From assembly GCF_036507355.1 (NCBI RefSeq), contig NZ_AP027879.1: a stretch of 47,389 nucleotides of DNA. One strand, given 5' to 3'. Of this stretch, positions 19,082 to 29,692 are shown piece after piece. The stretch comes from Escherichia coli. Its GTDB lineage: Bacteria; Pseudomonadota; Gammaproteobacteria; Enterobacterales; Enterobacteriaceae. The notes under the pieces were generated by a model. It searched no databases and was not told where the DNA came from. It worked only from the letters and a program-made list of their open reading frames with translations. A program made the position numbers and the translations under genes. How positions within the stretch are numbered: the stretch's first letter is position 1; each line of letters starts with the position of its first letter.

Positions 19082-19901
19082 GGCACTGTTGCAAATAGTC
19101 GGTGGTGATAAACTTATCATCCCCTTTTGCTGATGGAGCTGCACATGAACCCATTCAAAGGCCGGCATTTTCAGCGTGACATCATTCTGTGGGCCGTACG
19201 CTGGTACTGCAAATACGGCATCAGTTACCGTGAGCTGCAGGAGATGCTGGCTGAACGCGGAGTGAATGTCGATCACTCCACGATTTACCGCTGGGTTCAG
19301 CGTTATGCGCCTGAAATGGAAAAACGGCTGCGCTGGTACTGGCGTAACCCTTCCGATCTTTGCCCGTGGCACATGGATGAAACCTACGTGAAGGTCAATG
19401 GCCGCTGGGCGTATCTGTACCGGGCCGTCGACAGCCGGGGCCGCACTGTCGATTTTTATCTCTCCTCCCGTCGTAACAGCAAAGCTGCATACCGGTTTCT
19501 GGGTAAAATCCTCAACAACGTGAAGAAGTGGCAGATCCCGCGATTCATCAACACGGATAAAGCGCCCGCCTATGGTCGCGCGCTTGCTCTGCTCAAACGC
19601 GAAGGCCGGTGCCCGTCTGACGTTGAACACCGACAGATTAAGTACCGGAACAACGTGATTGAATGCGATCATGGCAAACTGAAACGGATAATCAACGCCA
19701 CGCTGGGATTTAAATCCATGAAGACGGCTTACGCCACCATCAAAGGTATTGAGGTGATGCGTGCACTACGCAAAGGCCAGGCCTCAGCATTTTATTATGG
19801 TGATCCCCTGGGCGAAATGCGCCTGGTAAGCAGAGTTTTTGAAATGTAAGGCCTTTGAATAAGACAAAAGGCTGCCTCATCGCTAACTTTGCAACAGTGC
19901 C
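19082..19901 (+). mobile_element. IS26, complete (copy b)
   Basis: 14-bp IRs, 820 bp. Confidence 0.95.
19145..19849 (+). CDS. tnp26: IS26 transposase Tnp26, N at position 184
   Basis: Identical protein to copy a. Confidence 0.95.
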   Translation: MNPFKGRHFQRDIILWAVRWYCKYGISYRELQEMLAERGVNVDHSTIYRWVQRYAPEMEKRLRWYWRNPSDLCPWHMDETYVKVNGRWAYLYRAVDSRGRTVDFYLSSRRNSKAAYRFLGKILNNVKKWQIPRFINTDKAPAYGRALALLKREGRCPSDVEHRQIKYRNNVIECDHGKLKRIINATLGFKSMKTAYATIKGIEVMRALRKGQASAFYYGDPLGEMRLVSRVFEM

Positions 19902-20600
19902 GTTTATTCTTCCTATACGTGCCGCGTTCCAGGCGGCGACTATGAGGGCTATGTCGATGCCCATGTGCGCCGGCTGGAGGCGCTACGCCGGGCCGGTATC
20001 GTCGAGCGGATCGACGCCGACCAATGGCGCATCCCCGATGATCTGGTCAGCCGTGCCGCCGCCCATGACGCCGGCCGAGACAGTCAGGCCAGCGTTCGCG
20101 TCCTTTCCCCGGTCGATCTGAACAAACAGATCGGATCGGACGGCGCGACCTGGCTGGACCGGCGGCTGATCCACGGCGAGACGGCCGACCTTGCGCCAAC
20201 CGGCTTCGGGCAACAAGTCCGCGAAGCCATGGACCAGCGCCGCGAGCACCATATCGAACAGGGCGACGCCACCCGCAGCCGGGACAGCCGCGTCTTCTAC
20301 CGGCGCAACCTTCTCGCCATCCTGCGGGAGCGCGAGGTAGCCGGCGTCGGATCGGATATGGCTTTGAGTAAGGGCCTGCCGTTCCGCGCCGCCACGGACG
20401 GCGAGAGCGTCAGCGGCAAGTTTACCGGAACCGTGCATCTATCGAGCGGCAAGTTCGCCGTGGTCGAGAAATCCCATGAGTTCACCCTTGTCCCGTGGCG
20501 GCCGATCATCGACCGCCAACTCGGCCGCGAGGTTATGGGCATCGTGCAGGGCGGGTCGGTGTCGTGGCAGTTAGGGCGGCAGAGGGGGCTGGAACGCTGA
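19902..20600 (+). pseudogene. Relaxase-like (VirD2-type) C-terminal fragment, as seen upstream of floR
   Basis: Frame is open from the IS26 boundary; no intact start; GC-rich. Confidence 0.4.
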
Positions 20601-20816
20601 GTGCGCCCATGCCGCATTGCGAAGCAAAAGATAATCGGATAAAATGTAGCAATTCATATTCGTAAGCGTGGAGTAATCAGATGGGAAATTCCAAGTCAGC
20701 AGACAAGTAAGCCGCAACAACCAGTATTGTTGTTGCGGCGCTCTGTAAGGCTAGTCTCATCTGATTGCTGACGAGCAGACGTCGCCCGGTATTCCTTAAT
20801 CGAGGGTTGATTCGTC

Positions 20817-22031
20817 ATGACCACCACACGCCCCGCGTGGGCCTATACGCTGCCGGCAGCACTGCTGCTGATGGCTCCTTTCGACATCCTCGCTTCACTG
20901 GCGATGGATATTTATCTCCCTGTCGTTCCAGCGATGCCCGGCATCCTGAACACGACGCCCGCTATGATCCAACTCACGTTGAGCCTCTATATGGTGATGC
21001 TCGGCGTGGGCCAGGTGATTTTTGGTCCGCTCTCAGACAGAATCGGGCGACGGCCAATTCTACTTGCGGGCGCAACGGCTTTCGTCATTGCGTCTCTGGG
21101 AGCAGCTTGGTCTTCAACTGCACCGGCCTTTGTCGCTTTCCGTCTACTTCAAGCAGTGGGCGCGTCGGCCATGCTGGTGGCGACGTTCGCGACGGTTCGC
21201 GACGTTTATGCCAACCGTCCTGAGGGTGTCGTCATCTACGGCCTTTTCAGTTCGATTCTGGCGTTCGTGCCTGCGCTCGGCCCTATCGCCGGAGCATTGA
21301 TCGGCGAGTTCTTGGGATGGCAGGCGATATTCATTACTTTGGCTATACTGGCGATGCTCGCACTCCTAAATGCGGGTTTCAGGTGGCACGAAACCCGCCC
21401 TCTGGATCAAGTCAAGACGCGCCGATCTGTCTTGCCGATCTTCGCGAGTCCGGCTTTTTGGGTTTACACTGTCGGCTTTAGCGCCGGTATGGGCACCTAC
21501 TTCGTCTTCTTCTCGACGGCTACCCGTGTGCTCATAGGCCAAGCGGAATATTCCGAGATCGGATTCAGCTTTGCCTTCGCCACTGTCGCGCTTGTAATGA
21601 TCGTGACAGCCCGTTTCGCGAAGTCCTTTGTCGCCAGATGGGGCATCGCAGGATGCGTGGCGCGTGGGATGGCGTTGCTTGTTTGCGGAGCGGTCCTGTT
21701 GGGGATCGGCGAACTTTACGGCTCGCCGTCATTCCTCACCTTCATCCTACCGATGTGGGTTGTCGCGGTCGGTATTGTCTTCACGGTGTCCGTTACCGCG
21801 AACGGCGCTTTGGCAGAGTTCGACGACATCGCGGGATCAGCGGTCGCGTTCTACTTCTGCGTTCAAAGCCTGATAGTCAGCATTGTCGGGACATTGGCGG
21901 TGGCACTTTTAAACGGTGACACAGCGTGGCCCGTGATCTGTTACGCCACGGCGATGGCGGTACTGGTTTCGTTGGGGCTGGTGCTCCTTCGGCTCCGTGG
22001 GGCTGCCACCGAGAAGTCGCCAGTCGTCTAA
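20817..22031 (+). CDS. floR: Florfenicol/chloramphenicol MFS exporter FloR
   Basis: 404 aa starting MTTTRPAWAYTLPAALLLMAPFDIL; 12-TM MFS. Confidence 0.95.
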   Translation: MTTTRPAWAYTLPAALLLMAPFDILASLAMDIYLPVVPAMPGILNTTPAMIQLTLSLYMVMLGVGQVIFGPLSDRIGRRPILLAGATAFVIASLGAAWSSTAPAFVAFRLLQAVGASAMLVATFATVRDVYANRPEGVVIYGLFSSILAFVPALGPIAGALIGEFLGWQAIFITLAILAMLALLNAGFRWHETRPLDQVKTRRSVLPIFASPAFWVYTVGFSAGMGTYFVFFSTATRVLIGQAEYSEIGFSFAFATVALVMIVTARFAKSFVARWGIAGCVARGMALLVCGAVLLGIGELYGSPSFLTFILPMWVVAVGIVFTVSVTANGALAEFDDIAGSAVAFYFCVQSLIVSIVGTLAVALLNGDTAWPVICYATAMAVLVSLGLVLLRLRGAATEKSPVV

Positions 22032-22058
22032 CCGACGACTGGTAGCAGGCCCGCTCCG

Positions 22059-22364
22059 ATGCGGCGCACTAACCATCGAAACCTCGTGAATGTCGGTATC
22101 CTGTCTGGCAGGATACCGCTCATTTCCCTTGTTCAGTTCATCGCCGTCGCCGAGCATCTGAATTTTCGGCATGCGGCCAAGGCACTTGGTATCAGCCAGT
22201 CGAGCGTCAGCGCGCGTGTGAAAGCGCTGGAGGATAACCTTGGTGTCCTGCTATTTGAGCGCCATGCGCGGGGCGTTCGGCTAACAGACGCAGGCAGGCA
22301 CTTCATGGAGCGTGTCACGGCGGGTGTCGATCAACTCGATCACGCAGTGAAGACCGCGGAGTGA
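22059..22364 (+). pseudogene. lysR: LysR-family regulator, N-terminal HTH fragment
   Basis: 101 aa with HTH region only; effector domain missing. Confidence 0.6.
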
Positions 22365-22369
22365 CGGGC

Positions 22370-24193
22370 ACTGGCTGGCAATGTCTAGCAACGGCAGGCA
22401 TTTCGGCTGAGGGTAAAAGAACTTTCCGCTAAGCGATAGACTGTATGTAAACACAGTATTGCAAGGACGCGGAACATGCCTCATGTGGCGGCCAGGACGG
22501 CCAGCCGGGATCGGGATACTGGTCGTTACCAGAGCCACCGACCCGAGCAAACCCTTCTCTATCAGATCGTTGACGAGTATTACCCGGCATTCGCTGCGCT
22601 TATGGCAGAGCAGGGAAAGGAATTGCCGGGCTATGTGCAACGGGAATTTGAAGAATTTCTCCAATGCGGGCGGCTGGAGCATGGCTTTCTACGGGTTCGC
22701 TGCGAGTCTTGCCACGCCGAGCACCTGGTCGCTTTCAGCTGTAAGCGTCGCGGTTTCTGCCCGAGCTGTGGGGCGCGGCGGATGGCCGAAAGTGCCGCCT
22801 TGCTGGTTGATGAAGTACTGCCTGAACAACCCATGCGTCAGTGGGTGTTGAGCTTCCCGTTTCAGCTGCGTTTCCTGTTTGCCAGCCGGCCCGAGATCAT
22901 GGGGTGGGTGCTGGGCATCGTTTACCGCGTCATTGCCACGCACCTGGTCAAGAAAGCGGGCCATACCCACCAAGTGGCCAAGACGGGCGCGGTCACCCTG
23001 ATCCAGCGTTTTGGATCGGCGCTCAATCTGAATGTTCACTTCCACATGCTGTTTCTCGACGGTGTGTATGTCGAGCAATCCCACGGCTCAGCGCGTTTCC
23101 GCTGGGTCAAGGCGCCGACCAGCCCAGAGCTCACCCAGCTGACGCACACCATCGCCCACCGGGTGGGTCGCTATCTGGAACGGCAAGGCCTGCTGGAACG
23201 GGATGTCGAAAACAGCTATCTGGCCTCGGATGCGGTGGATGACGACCCGATGACACCCCTGCTGGGGCACTCGATCACTTACCGTATCGCTGTCGGTTCA
23301 CAGGCGGGGCGAAAGGTGTTCACTTTGCAAACTCTGCCGACCAGTGGTGATCCGTTCGGTGACGGGATTGGCAAGGTAGCCGGGTCCAGCCTGCACGCCG
23401 GCGTGGCGGCCAGGGCCGATGAACGCAAGAAGCTCGAACGGCTGTGCCGGTACATCAGCCGCCCGGCGGTATCCGAGAAGCGGCTGTCGTTAACACGAGG
23501 CGGCAACGTGCGCTACCAGCTCAAGACGCCGTACCGGGACGGCACCACGCACGTCATTTTCGAACCATTGGATTTCATTGCAAGGCTGGCCGCCCTGGTA
23601 CCGAAGCCCAGAGTCAACCTAACCCGCTTCCACGGGGTGTTCGCACCCAACAGTCGGCACCGGGCGTTGGTCACGCCGGCAAAACGGGGCAGGGGCAACA
23701 AGGTCAGGGTGGCTGATGAACCGGCAACACCAGCACAACGGCGAGCGTCGATGACATGGGCGCAACGGCTCAAGCGTGTTTTCAATATCGACATCGAGAC
23801 CTGCAGCGGCTGCGGCGGCGCCATGAAAGTCATCGCCTGCATTGAAGACCCTATAGTGATCAAGCAGATCCTTGATCACCTGAAGCACAAAGCCGAAACC
23901 AGCGGGACCAGGGCGTTACCCGAAAGCCGGGCGCCACCGGCTGAGCTGCTCCTGGGTCTGTTTGACTGACGAGCCTGAAGGCCAACGATACCAATCAAAA
24001 TGCTGCGTTCACAGCGCCGCGGCAGGGATCCGCCGTGCTGGTTGTCGGAAAAGGAGCCGCTAGTGGGAAAGAGGAGGGTAAATTTTCAGCGTTGCTGGCT
24101 CCCCGTCAGCCGGATTGGGTTGCATCGCAGGGGTGTCGAAAGAGTCAACTGCGGTCCAAAGCTGTTGGACTTGGGTGAAAAGGGCGTTTATTC
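22370..24193 (+). mobile_element. ISCR2 (IS91-like rolling-circle element); boundaries approximate
   Basis: Contains the ISCR2 transposase; right side ends at an IS26 fragment. Confidence 0.5.
22476..23969 (+). CDS. ISCR2 rolling-circle transposase
   Basis: 497 aa with HUH/zinc-binding motifs (CESCHAEHLVAFSCKRRGFCPSCGARRM). Confidence 0.9.
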   Translation: MPHVAARTASRDRDTGRYQSHRPEQTLLYQIVDEYYPAFAALMAEQGKELPGYVQREFEEFLQCGRLEHGFLRVRCESCHAEHLVAFSCKRRGFCPSCGARRMAESAALLVDEVLPEQPMRQWVLSFPFQLRFLFASRPEIMGWVLGIVYRVIATHLVKKAGHTHQVAKTGAVTLIQRFGSALNLNVHFHMLFLDGVYVEQSHGSARFRWVKAPTSPELTQLTHTIAHRVGRYLERQGLLERDVENSYLASDAVDDDPMTPLLGHSITYRIAVGSQAGRKVFTLQTLPTSGDPFGDGIGKVAGSSLHAGVAARADERKKLERLCRYISRPAVSEKRLSLTRGGNVRYQLKTPYRDGTTHVIFEPLDFIARLAALVPKPRVNLTRFHGVFAPNSRHRALVTPAKRGRGNKVRVADEPATPAQRRASMTWAQRLKRVFNIDIETCSGCGGAMKVIACIEDPIVIKQILDHLKHKAETSGTRALPESRAPPAELLLGLFD

Positions 24194-24447
24194 GGCACTG
24201 TTGCAAATAGTCGGTGGTGATAAACTTATCATCCCCTTTTGCTGATGGAGCTGCACATGAACCCATTCAAAGGCCGGCATTTTCAGCGTGACATCATTCT
24301 GTGGGCCGTACGCTGGTACTGCAAATACGGCATCAGTTACCGTGAGCTGCAGGAGATGCTGGCTGAACGCGGAGTGAATGTCGATCACTCCACGATTTAC
24401 CGCTGGGTTCAGCGTTATGCGCCTGAAATGGAAAAACGGCTGCGCTG
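24194..24447 (+). mobile_element. IS26 fragment (first about 254 bp including IRL and tnp 5' end)
   Basis: Identical to the IS26 left end; interrupted by inverted complete IS26 copy c. Confidence 0.8.
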
Positions 24448-24448
24448 G

Positions 24449-25268
24449 GGCACTGTTGCAAAGTTAGCGATGAGGCAGCCTTTTGTCTTATTCAAAGGCC
24501 TTACATTTCAAAAACTCTGCTTACCAGGCGCATTTCGCCCAGGGGATCACCATAATAAAATGCTGAGGCCTGGCCTTTGCGTAGTGCACGCATCACCTCA
24601 ATACCTTTGATGGTGGCGTAAGCCGTCTTCATGGATTTAAATCCCAGCGTGGCGTTGATTATCCGTTTCAGTTTGCCATGATCGCATTCAATCACGTTGT
24701 TCCGGTACTTAATCTGTCGGTGTTCAACGTCAGACGGGCACCGGCCTTCGCGTTTGAGCAGAGCAAGCGCGCGACCATAGGCGGGCGCTTTATCCGTGTT
24801 GATGAATCGTGGGATCTGCCACTTCTTCACGTTGTTGAGGATTTTACCCAGAAACCGGTATGCAGCTTTGCTGTTACGACGGGAGGAGAGATAAAAATCG
24901 ACAGTGCGGCCCCGGCTGTCGACGGCCCGGTACAGATACGCCCAGCGGCCATTGACCTTCACGTAGGTTTCATCCATGTGCCACGGGCAAAGATCGGAAG
25001 GGTTACGCCAGTACCAGCGCAGCCGTTTTTCCATTTCAGGCGCATAACGCTGAACCCAGCGGTAAATCGTGGAGTGATCGACATTCACTCCGCGTTCAGC
25101 CAGCATCTCCTGCAGCTCACGGTAACTGATGCCGTATTTGCAGTACCAGCGTACGGCCCACAGAATGATGTCACGCTGAAAATGCCGGCCTTTGAATGGG
25201 TTCATGTGCAGCTCCATCAGCAAAAGGGGATGATAAGTTTATCACCACCGACTATTTGCAACAGTGCC
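24449..25268 (-). mobile_element. IS26, complete (copy c)
   Basis: 14-bp IRs, 820 bp. Confidence 0.95.
24501..25205 (-). CDS. tnp26: IS26 transposase Tnp26, N at position 184
   Basis: Same protein as copies a and b. Confidence 0.95.
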   Translation of the reverse strand: MNPFKGRHFQRDIILWAVRWYCKYGISYRELQEMLAERGVNVDHSTIYRWVQRYAPEMEKRLRWYWRNPSDLCPWHMDETYVKVNGRWAYLYRAVDSRGRTVDFYLSSRRNSKAAYRFLGKILNNVKKWQIPRFINTDKAPAYGRALALLKREGRCPSDVEHRQIKYRNNVIECDHGKLKRIINATLGFKSMKTAYATIKGIEVMRALRKGQASAFYYGDPLGEMRLVSRVFEM

Positions 25269-25600
25269 CCGGTAACTATCAACTTGAGTCCAACCCGGAA
25301 AGACACGACAAAACGCCACTGGCAGCAGCCATTAGTAACAGGAGTGCACGAGAAGATAGATTAAGAGGTCTTGAAGTAGAGGCCTGACTGCGGCTACACT
25401 GAAAGAACAGTTTTGGTAATGGCGGTCTCGTGAACCCTGTTACCGGGTTAAGCAGTTCCCCAACTGACTTAACCTTCGAACAAACCGCCTCCCCAGGCGG
25501 TTTTTTCGTTTACAGAGCAAGAGATTACGATTCATTGAAAAGGATCTCAAGAAGATCCTTTGTAGATTACTATCAATTAATCTTCCGAACATGACACCAG
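25269..25600 (+). other. ColE1-type replicon remnant (RNAI/RNAII control region); origin proper deleted by IS26
   Basis: Colinear with the pBR322-type ori region from CGGTAACTATC..TTGAGTCCAACCCGG through AAAGGATCTCAAGAAGATCCTTTG. Confidence 0.5.
25407..25506 (+). ncRNA. RNAI-like antisense RNA of the ColE1-type remnant
   Basis: Position matches RNAI in ColE1-type origins; ends in hairpin plus T-run CCGCCTCCCCAGGCGGTTTTTT. Confidence 0.4.
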
Positions 25601-25846
25601 TCACTGTTGATTACGGTTAAACCGCTCCGTAACAGGTTTCCCTCGTATTGGTGACTTGCAGCACCAAAGAAGCAAAAAAGATAAATATATCTACTTATTG
25701 AGAGATGATATATTTATTTCCAAAATGCTACAGATACATCATCATGAAACGGATCACCGCAAACAGGTTACTCGCCTGGGGATTCCCTTTCGACCCGAGC
25801 ATCCGTATGATACTCATGCTCGATTATTATTATTATAGAAGCCCCC

Positions 25847-26662
25847 ATGAATAAATCGCTCATCATTTTCGGCATCGTCAACATAACCTCGGACAGTTTC
25901 TCCGATGGAGGCCGGTATCTGGCGCCAGACGCAGCCATTGCGCAGGCGCGTAAGCTGATGGCCGAGGGGGCAGATGTGATCGACCTCGGTCCGGCATCCA
26001 GCAATCCCGACGCCGCGCCTGTTTCGTCCGACACAGAAATCGCGCGTATCGCGCCGGTGCTGGACGCGCTCAAGGCAGATGGCATTCCCGTCTCGCTCGA
26101 CAGTTATCAACCCGCGACGCAAGCCTATGCCTTGTCGCGTGGTGTGGCCTATCTCAATGATATTCGCGGTTTTCCAGACGCTGCGTTCTATCCGCAATTG
26201 GCGAAATCATCTGCCAAACTCGTCGTTATGCATTCGGTGCAAGACGGGCAGGCAGATCGGCGCGAGGCACCCGCTGGCGACATCATGGATCACATTGCGG
26301 CGTTCTTTGACGCGCGCATCGCGGCGCTGACGGGTGCCGGTATCAAACGCAACCGCCTTGTCCTTGATCCCGGCATGGGGTTTTTTCTGGGGGCTGCTCC
26401 CGAAACCTCGCTCTCGGTGCTGGCGCGGTTCGATGAATTGCGGCTGCGCTTCGATTTGCCGGTGCTTCTGTCTGTTTCGCGCAAATCCTTTCTGCGCGCG
26501 CTCACAGGCCGTGGTCCGGGGGATGTCGGGGCCGCGACACTCGCTGCAGAGCTTGCCGCCGCCGCAGGTGGAGCTGACTTCATCCGCACACACGAGCCGC
26601 GCCCCTTGCGCGACGGGCTGGCGGTATTGGCGGCGCTGAAAGAAACCGCAAGAATTCGTTAA
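25847..26662 (+). CDS. sul2: Sulfonamide-resistant dihydropteroate synthase Sul2
   Basis: 271 aa starting MNKSLIIFGIVNITSDSFSDGG. Confidence 0.95.
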   Translation: MNKSLIIFGIVNITSDSFSDGGRYLAPDAAIAQARKLMAEGADVIDLGPASSNPDAAPVSSDTEIARIAPVLDALKADGIPVSLDSYQPATQAYALSRGVAYLNDIRGFPDAAFYPQLAKSSAKLVVMHSVQDGQADRREAPAGDIMDHIAAFFDARIAALTGAGIKRNRLVLDPGMGFFLGAAPETSLSVLARFDELRLRFDLPVLLSVSRKSFLRALTGRGPGDVGAATLAAELAAAAGGADFIRTHEPRPLRDGLAVLAALKETARIR

Positions 26663-26722
26663 CTGCACATTCGGGATATTTCTCTATATTCGCGCTTCAT
26701 CAGAAAACTGAAGGAACCTCCA

Positions 26723-27526
26723 TTGAATCGAACTAATATTTTTTTTGGTAAATCGCATTCTGACTGGTTGCCTGTCAGAGGCGGAGAATCTGGTGATTTT
26801 GTTTTTCGACGTGGTGACGGGCATGCCTTCGCGAAAATCGCACCTGCTTCCCGCCGCGGTGAGCTCGCTGGAGAGCGTGACCGCCTCATTTGGCTCAAAG
26901 GTCGAGGTGTGGCTTGCCCCGAGGTCATCAACTGGCAGGAGGAACAGGAGGGTGCATGCTTGGTGATAACGGCAATTCCGGGAGTACCGGCGGCTGATCT
27001 GTCTGGAGCGGATTTGCTCAAAGCGTGGCCGTCAATGGGGCAGCAACTTGGCGCTGTTCACAGCCTATCGGTTGATCAATGTCCGTTTGAGCGCAGGCTG
27101 TCGCGAATGTTCGGACGCGCCGTTGATGTGGTGTCCCGCAATGCCGTCAATCCCGACTTCTTACCGGACGAGGACAAGAGTACGCCGCAGCTCGATCTTT
27201 TGGCTCGTGTCGAACGAGAGCTACCGGTGCGGCTCGACCAAGAGCGCACCGATATGGTTGTTTGCCATGGTGATCCCTGCATGCCGAACTTCATGGTGGA
27301 CCCTAAAACTCTTCAATGCACGGGTCTGATCGACCTTGGGCGGCTCGGAACAGCAGATCGCTATGCCGATTTGGCACTCATGATTGCTAACGCCGAAGAG
27401 AACTGGGCAGCGCCAGATGAAGCAGAGCGCGCCTTCGCTGTCCTATTCAATGTATTGGGGATCGAAGCCCCCGACCGCGAACGCCTTGCCTTCTATCTGC
27501 GATTGGACCCTCTGACTTGGGGTTGA
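26723..27526 (+). CDS. strA: Aminoglycoside 3''-phosphotransferase APH(3'')-Ib
   Basis: 267 aa; classic sul2-strA-strB order. Confidence 0.95.
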   Translation: MNRTNIFFGKSHSDWLPVRGGESGDFVFRRGDGHAFAKIAPASRRGELAGERDRLIWLKGRGVACPEVINWQEEQEGACLVITAIPGVPAADLSGADLLKAWPSMGQQLGAVHSLSVDQCPFERRLSRMFGRAVDVVSRNAVNPDFLPDEDKSTPQLDLLARVERELPVRLDQERTDMVVCHGDPCMPNFMVDPKTLQCTGLIDLGRLGTADRYADLALMIANAEENWAAPDEAERAFAVLFNVLGIEAPDRERLAFYLRLDPLTWG

Positions 27527-28362
27527 TGTTCATGCCGCCTGTTTTTCCTGCTCATTGGCACGTTTCGCAACCTGTTCTCATTGCGGACACCTTTTCCAGC
27601 CTCGTTTGGAAAGTTTCATTGCCAGACGGGACTCCTGCAATCGTCAAGGGATTGAAACCTATAAAAGACATTGCTGATGAACTGCGCGGGGCCGACTATC
27701 TGGTATGGCGCAATGGGAGGGGAGCAGTCCGGTTGCTCGGTCGTGAGAACAATCTGATGTTGCTCGAATATGCCGGGGAGCGAATGCTCTCTCACATCGT
27801 TGCCGAGCACGGCGACTACCAGGCGACCGAAATTGCAGCGGAACTAATGGCGAAGCTGTATGCCGCATCTGAGGAACCCCTGCCTTCTGCCCTTCTCCCG
27901 ATCCGGGATCGCTTTGCAGCTTTGTTTCAGCGGGCGCGCGATGATCAAAACGCAGGTTGTCAAACTGACTACGTCCACGCGGCGATTATAGCCGATCAAA
28001 TGATGAGCAATGCCTCGGAACTGCGTGGGCTACATGGCGATCTGCATCATGAAAACATCATGTTCTCCAGTCGCGGCTGGCTGGTGATAGATCCCGTCGG
28101 TCTGGTCGGTGAAGTGGGCTTTGGCGCCGCCAATATGTTCTACGATCCGGCTGACAGAGACGACCTTTGTCTCGATCCTAGACGCATTGCACAGATGGCG
28201 GACGCATTCTCTCGTGCGCTGGACGTCGATCCGCGTCGCCTGCTCGACCAGGCGTACGCTTATGGGTGCCTTTCCGCAGCTTGGAACGCGGATGGAGAAG
28301 AGGAGCAACGCGATCTAGCTATCGCGGCCGCGATCAAGCAGGTGCGACAGACGTCATACTAG
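27526..28362 (+). CDS. strB: Aminoglycoside 6-phosphotransferase APH(6)-Id
   Basis: 278 aa from MFMPPVFPAHW; 1-bp overlap with the strA stop. Confidence 0.95.
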   Translation: MFMPPVFPAHWHVSQPVLIADTFSSLVWKVSLPDGTPAIVKGLKPIKDIADELRGADYLVWRNGRGAVRLLGRENNLMLLEYAGERMLSHIVAEHGDYQATEIAAELMAKLYAASEEPLPSALLPIRDRFAALFQRARDDQNAGCQTDYVHAAIIADQMMSNASELRGLHGDLHHENIMFSSRGWLVIDPVGLVGEVGFGAANMFYDPADRDDLCLDPRRIAQMADAFSRALDVDPRRLLDQAYAYGCLSAAWNADGEEEQRDLAIAAAIKQVRQTSY

Positions 28363-28387
28363 ATATCAAGCGACTTCTCCTATCCCC

Positions 28388-28468
28388 TGGGAACACATCA
28401 ATCTCACCGGAGAATATCGCTGGCCAAAGCCTTAGCGTAGGATTCCGCCCCTTCCCGCAAACGACCCC
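28388..28468. repeat. Tn5393-type 81-bp terminal inverted repeat downstream of strB
   Basis: Reverse complement begins GGGGTCGTTTGCGGGAAGGGG. Confidence 0.5.
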
Positions 28469-28717
28469 TTTCTGGCGCGTTTGCAGGGCCATAGACGGCC
28501 GCCAGCCCAGCGGCGAGGGCAACCAGCCCGGTGAGCGTCGGAAAGGCGCTGGAAGCCCCGTAGCGACGCGGAGAGGGGCGAGACAAGCCAAGGGCGCAGG
28601 CTCGATGCGCAGCACGACATAGCCGGTTCTCGCAAGGACGAGAATTTCCCTGCGGTGCCCCTCAAGTGTCAATGAAAGTTTCCAACGCGAGCCATTCGCG
28701 AGAGCCTTGAGTCCACG
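28469..28717. other. Short non-coding segment joining the strB/IR end to the tet module; origin uncertain (contains GCCCCTCAAGTGTCA)
   Basis: No ORF; ends exactly where tetR-upstream sequence begins without a Tn1721 IR. Confidence 0.3.
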
Positions 28718-29032
28718 CTAGATCTATCTCATCTGCGCAAGGCAGAACGTGAAGACGGCCGCCCTGGACCTCGCCCGCGAGCGCCAGGCGCACGAGGCCG
28801 GCGCGCGGACCCGCGCCACGGCCCACGAGCGGACGCCGCAGCAGGAGCGCCAGAAGGCCGCCAGAGAGGCCGAGCGCGGCCGTGAGGCTTGGACGCTAGG
28901 GCAGGGCATGAAAAAGCCCGTAGCGGGCTGCTACGGGCGTCTGACGCGGTGGAAAGGGGGAGGGGATGTTGTCTACATGGCTCTGCTGTAGTGAGTGGGT
29001 TGCGCTCCGGCAGCGGTCCTGAGCGGTCCTGA

Positions 29033-29683
29033 TCAATCGTCACCCTTTCTCGGTCCTTCAACGTTCCTGACAACGAGCCTCCTTTTCGCCAATCCATCGA
29101 CAATCACCGCGAGTCCCTGCTCGAACGCTGCGTCCGGACGGGCTTCGTCGAAGGCGTCTATCGCGGCCCGCAACAGCGGCGAGAGCGGAGCCTGTTCAAC
29201 GGTGCCGCCGCGCTCGCCGGCATCGCTGTCGCCGGCCTGCTCCTCAAGCACGGCCCCAACAGTGAAGTAGCTGATTGTCATCAGCGCATTGACGGCGTCC
29301 CCGGCCGAAAAACCCGCCTCGCAGAGGAAGCGAAGCTGCGCGTCGGCCGTTTCCATCTGCGGTGCGCCCGGTCGCGTGCCGGAATGGATGCGCGCGCCAT
29401 CGCGGTAGGCGAGCAGCGCCTGCCTGAAGCTGCGGGCATTCCCGATCAGAAATGAGCGCCAGTCGTCGTCGGCTCTCGGCACCGAATGCGTATGATTCTC
29501 CGCCAGCATGGCTTCGGCCAGTGCGTCGAGCAGCGCCCGCTTGTTCCTGAAGTGCCAGTAAAGCGCCGGCTGCTGAACCCCCAACCGTTCCGCCAGTTTG
29601 CGTGTCGTCAGACCGTCTACGCCGACCTCGTTCAACAGGTCCAGGGCGGCACGGATCACTGTATTCGGCTGCAACTTTGTCAT
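29033..29683 (-). CDS. tetR: Tetracycline repressor TetR, class A (variant copy)
   Basis: 216 aa from MTKLQPNTVIRAALDLL; differs from the second copy at two residues. Confidence 0.95.
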   Translation of the reverse strand: MTKLQPNTVIRAALDLLNEVGVDGLTTRKLAERLGVQQPALYWHFRNKRALLDALAEAMLAENHTHSVPRADDDWRSFLIGNARSFRQALLAYRDGARIHSGTRPGAPQMETADAQLRFLCEAGFSAGDAVNALMTISYFTVGAVLEEQAGDSDAGERGGTVEQAPLSPLLRAAIDAFDEARPDAAFEQGLAVIVDGLAKRRLVVRNVEGPRKGDD

Positions 29684-29692
29684 GCTTGACAC

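Noticed and set aside
20765-21300. ORFs of 152 aa and 92 aa overlapping floR
   Set aside because: They are alternative frames within the floR coding region.
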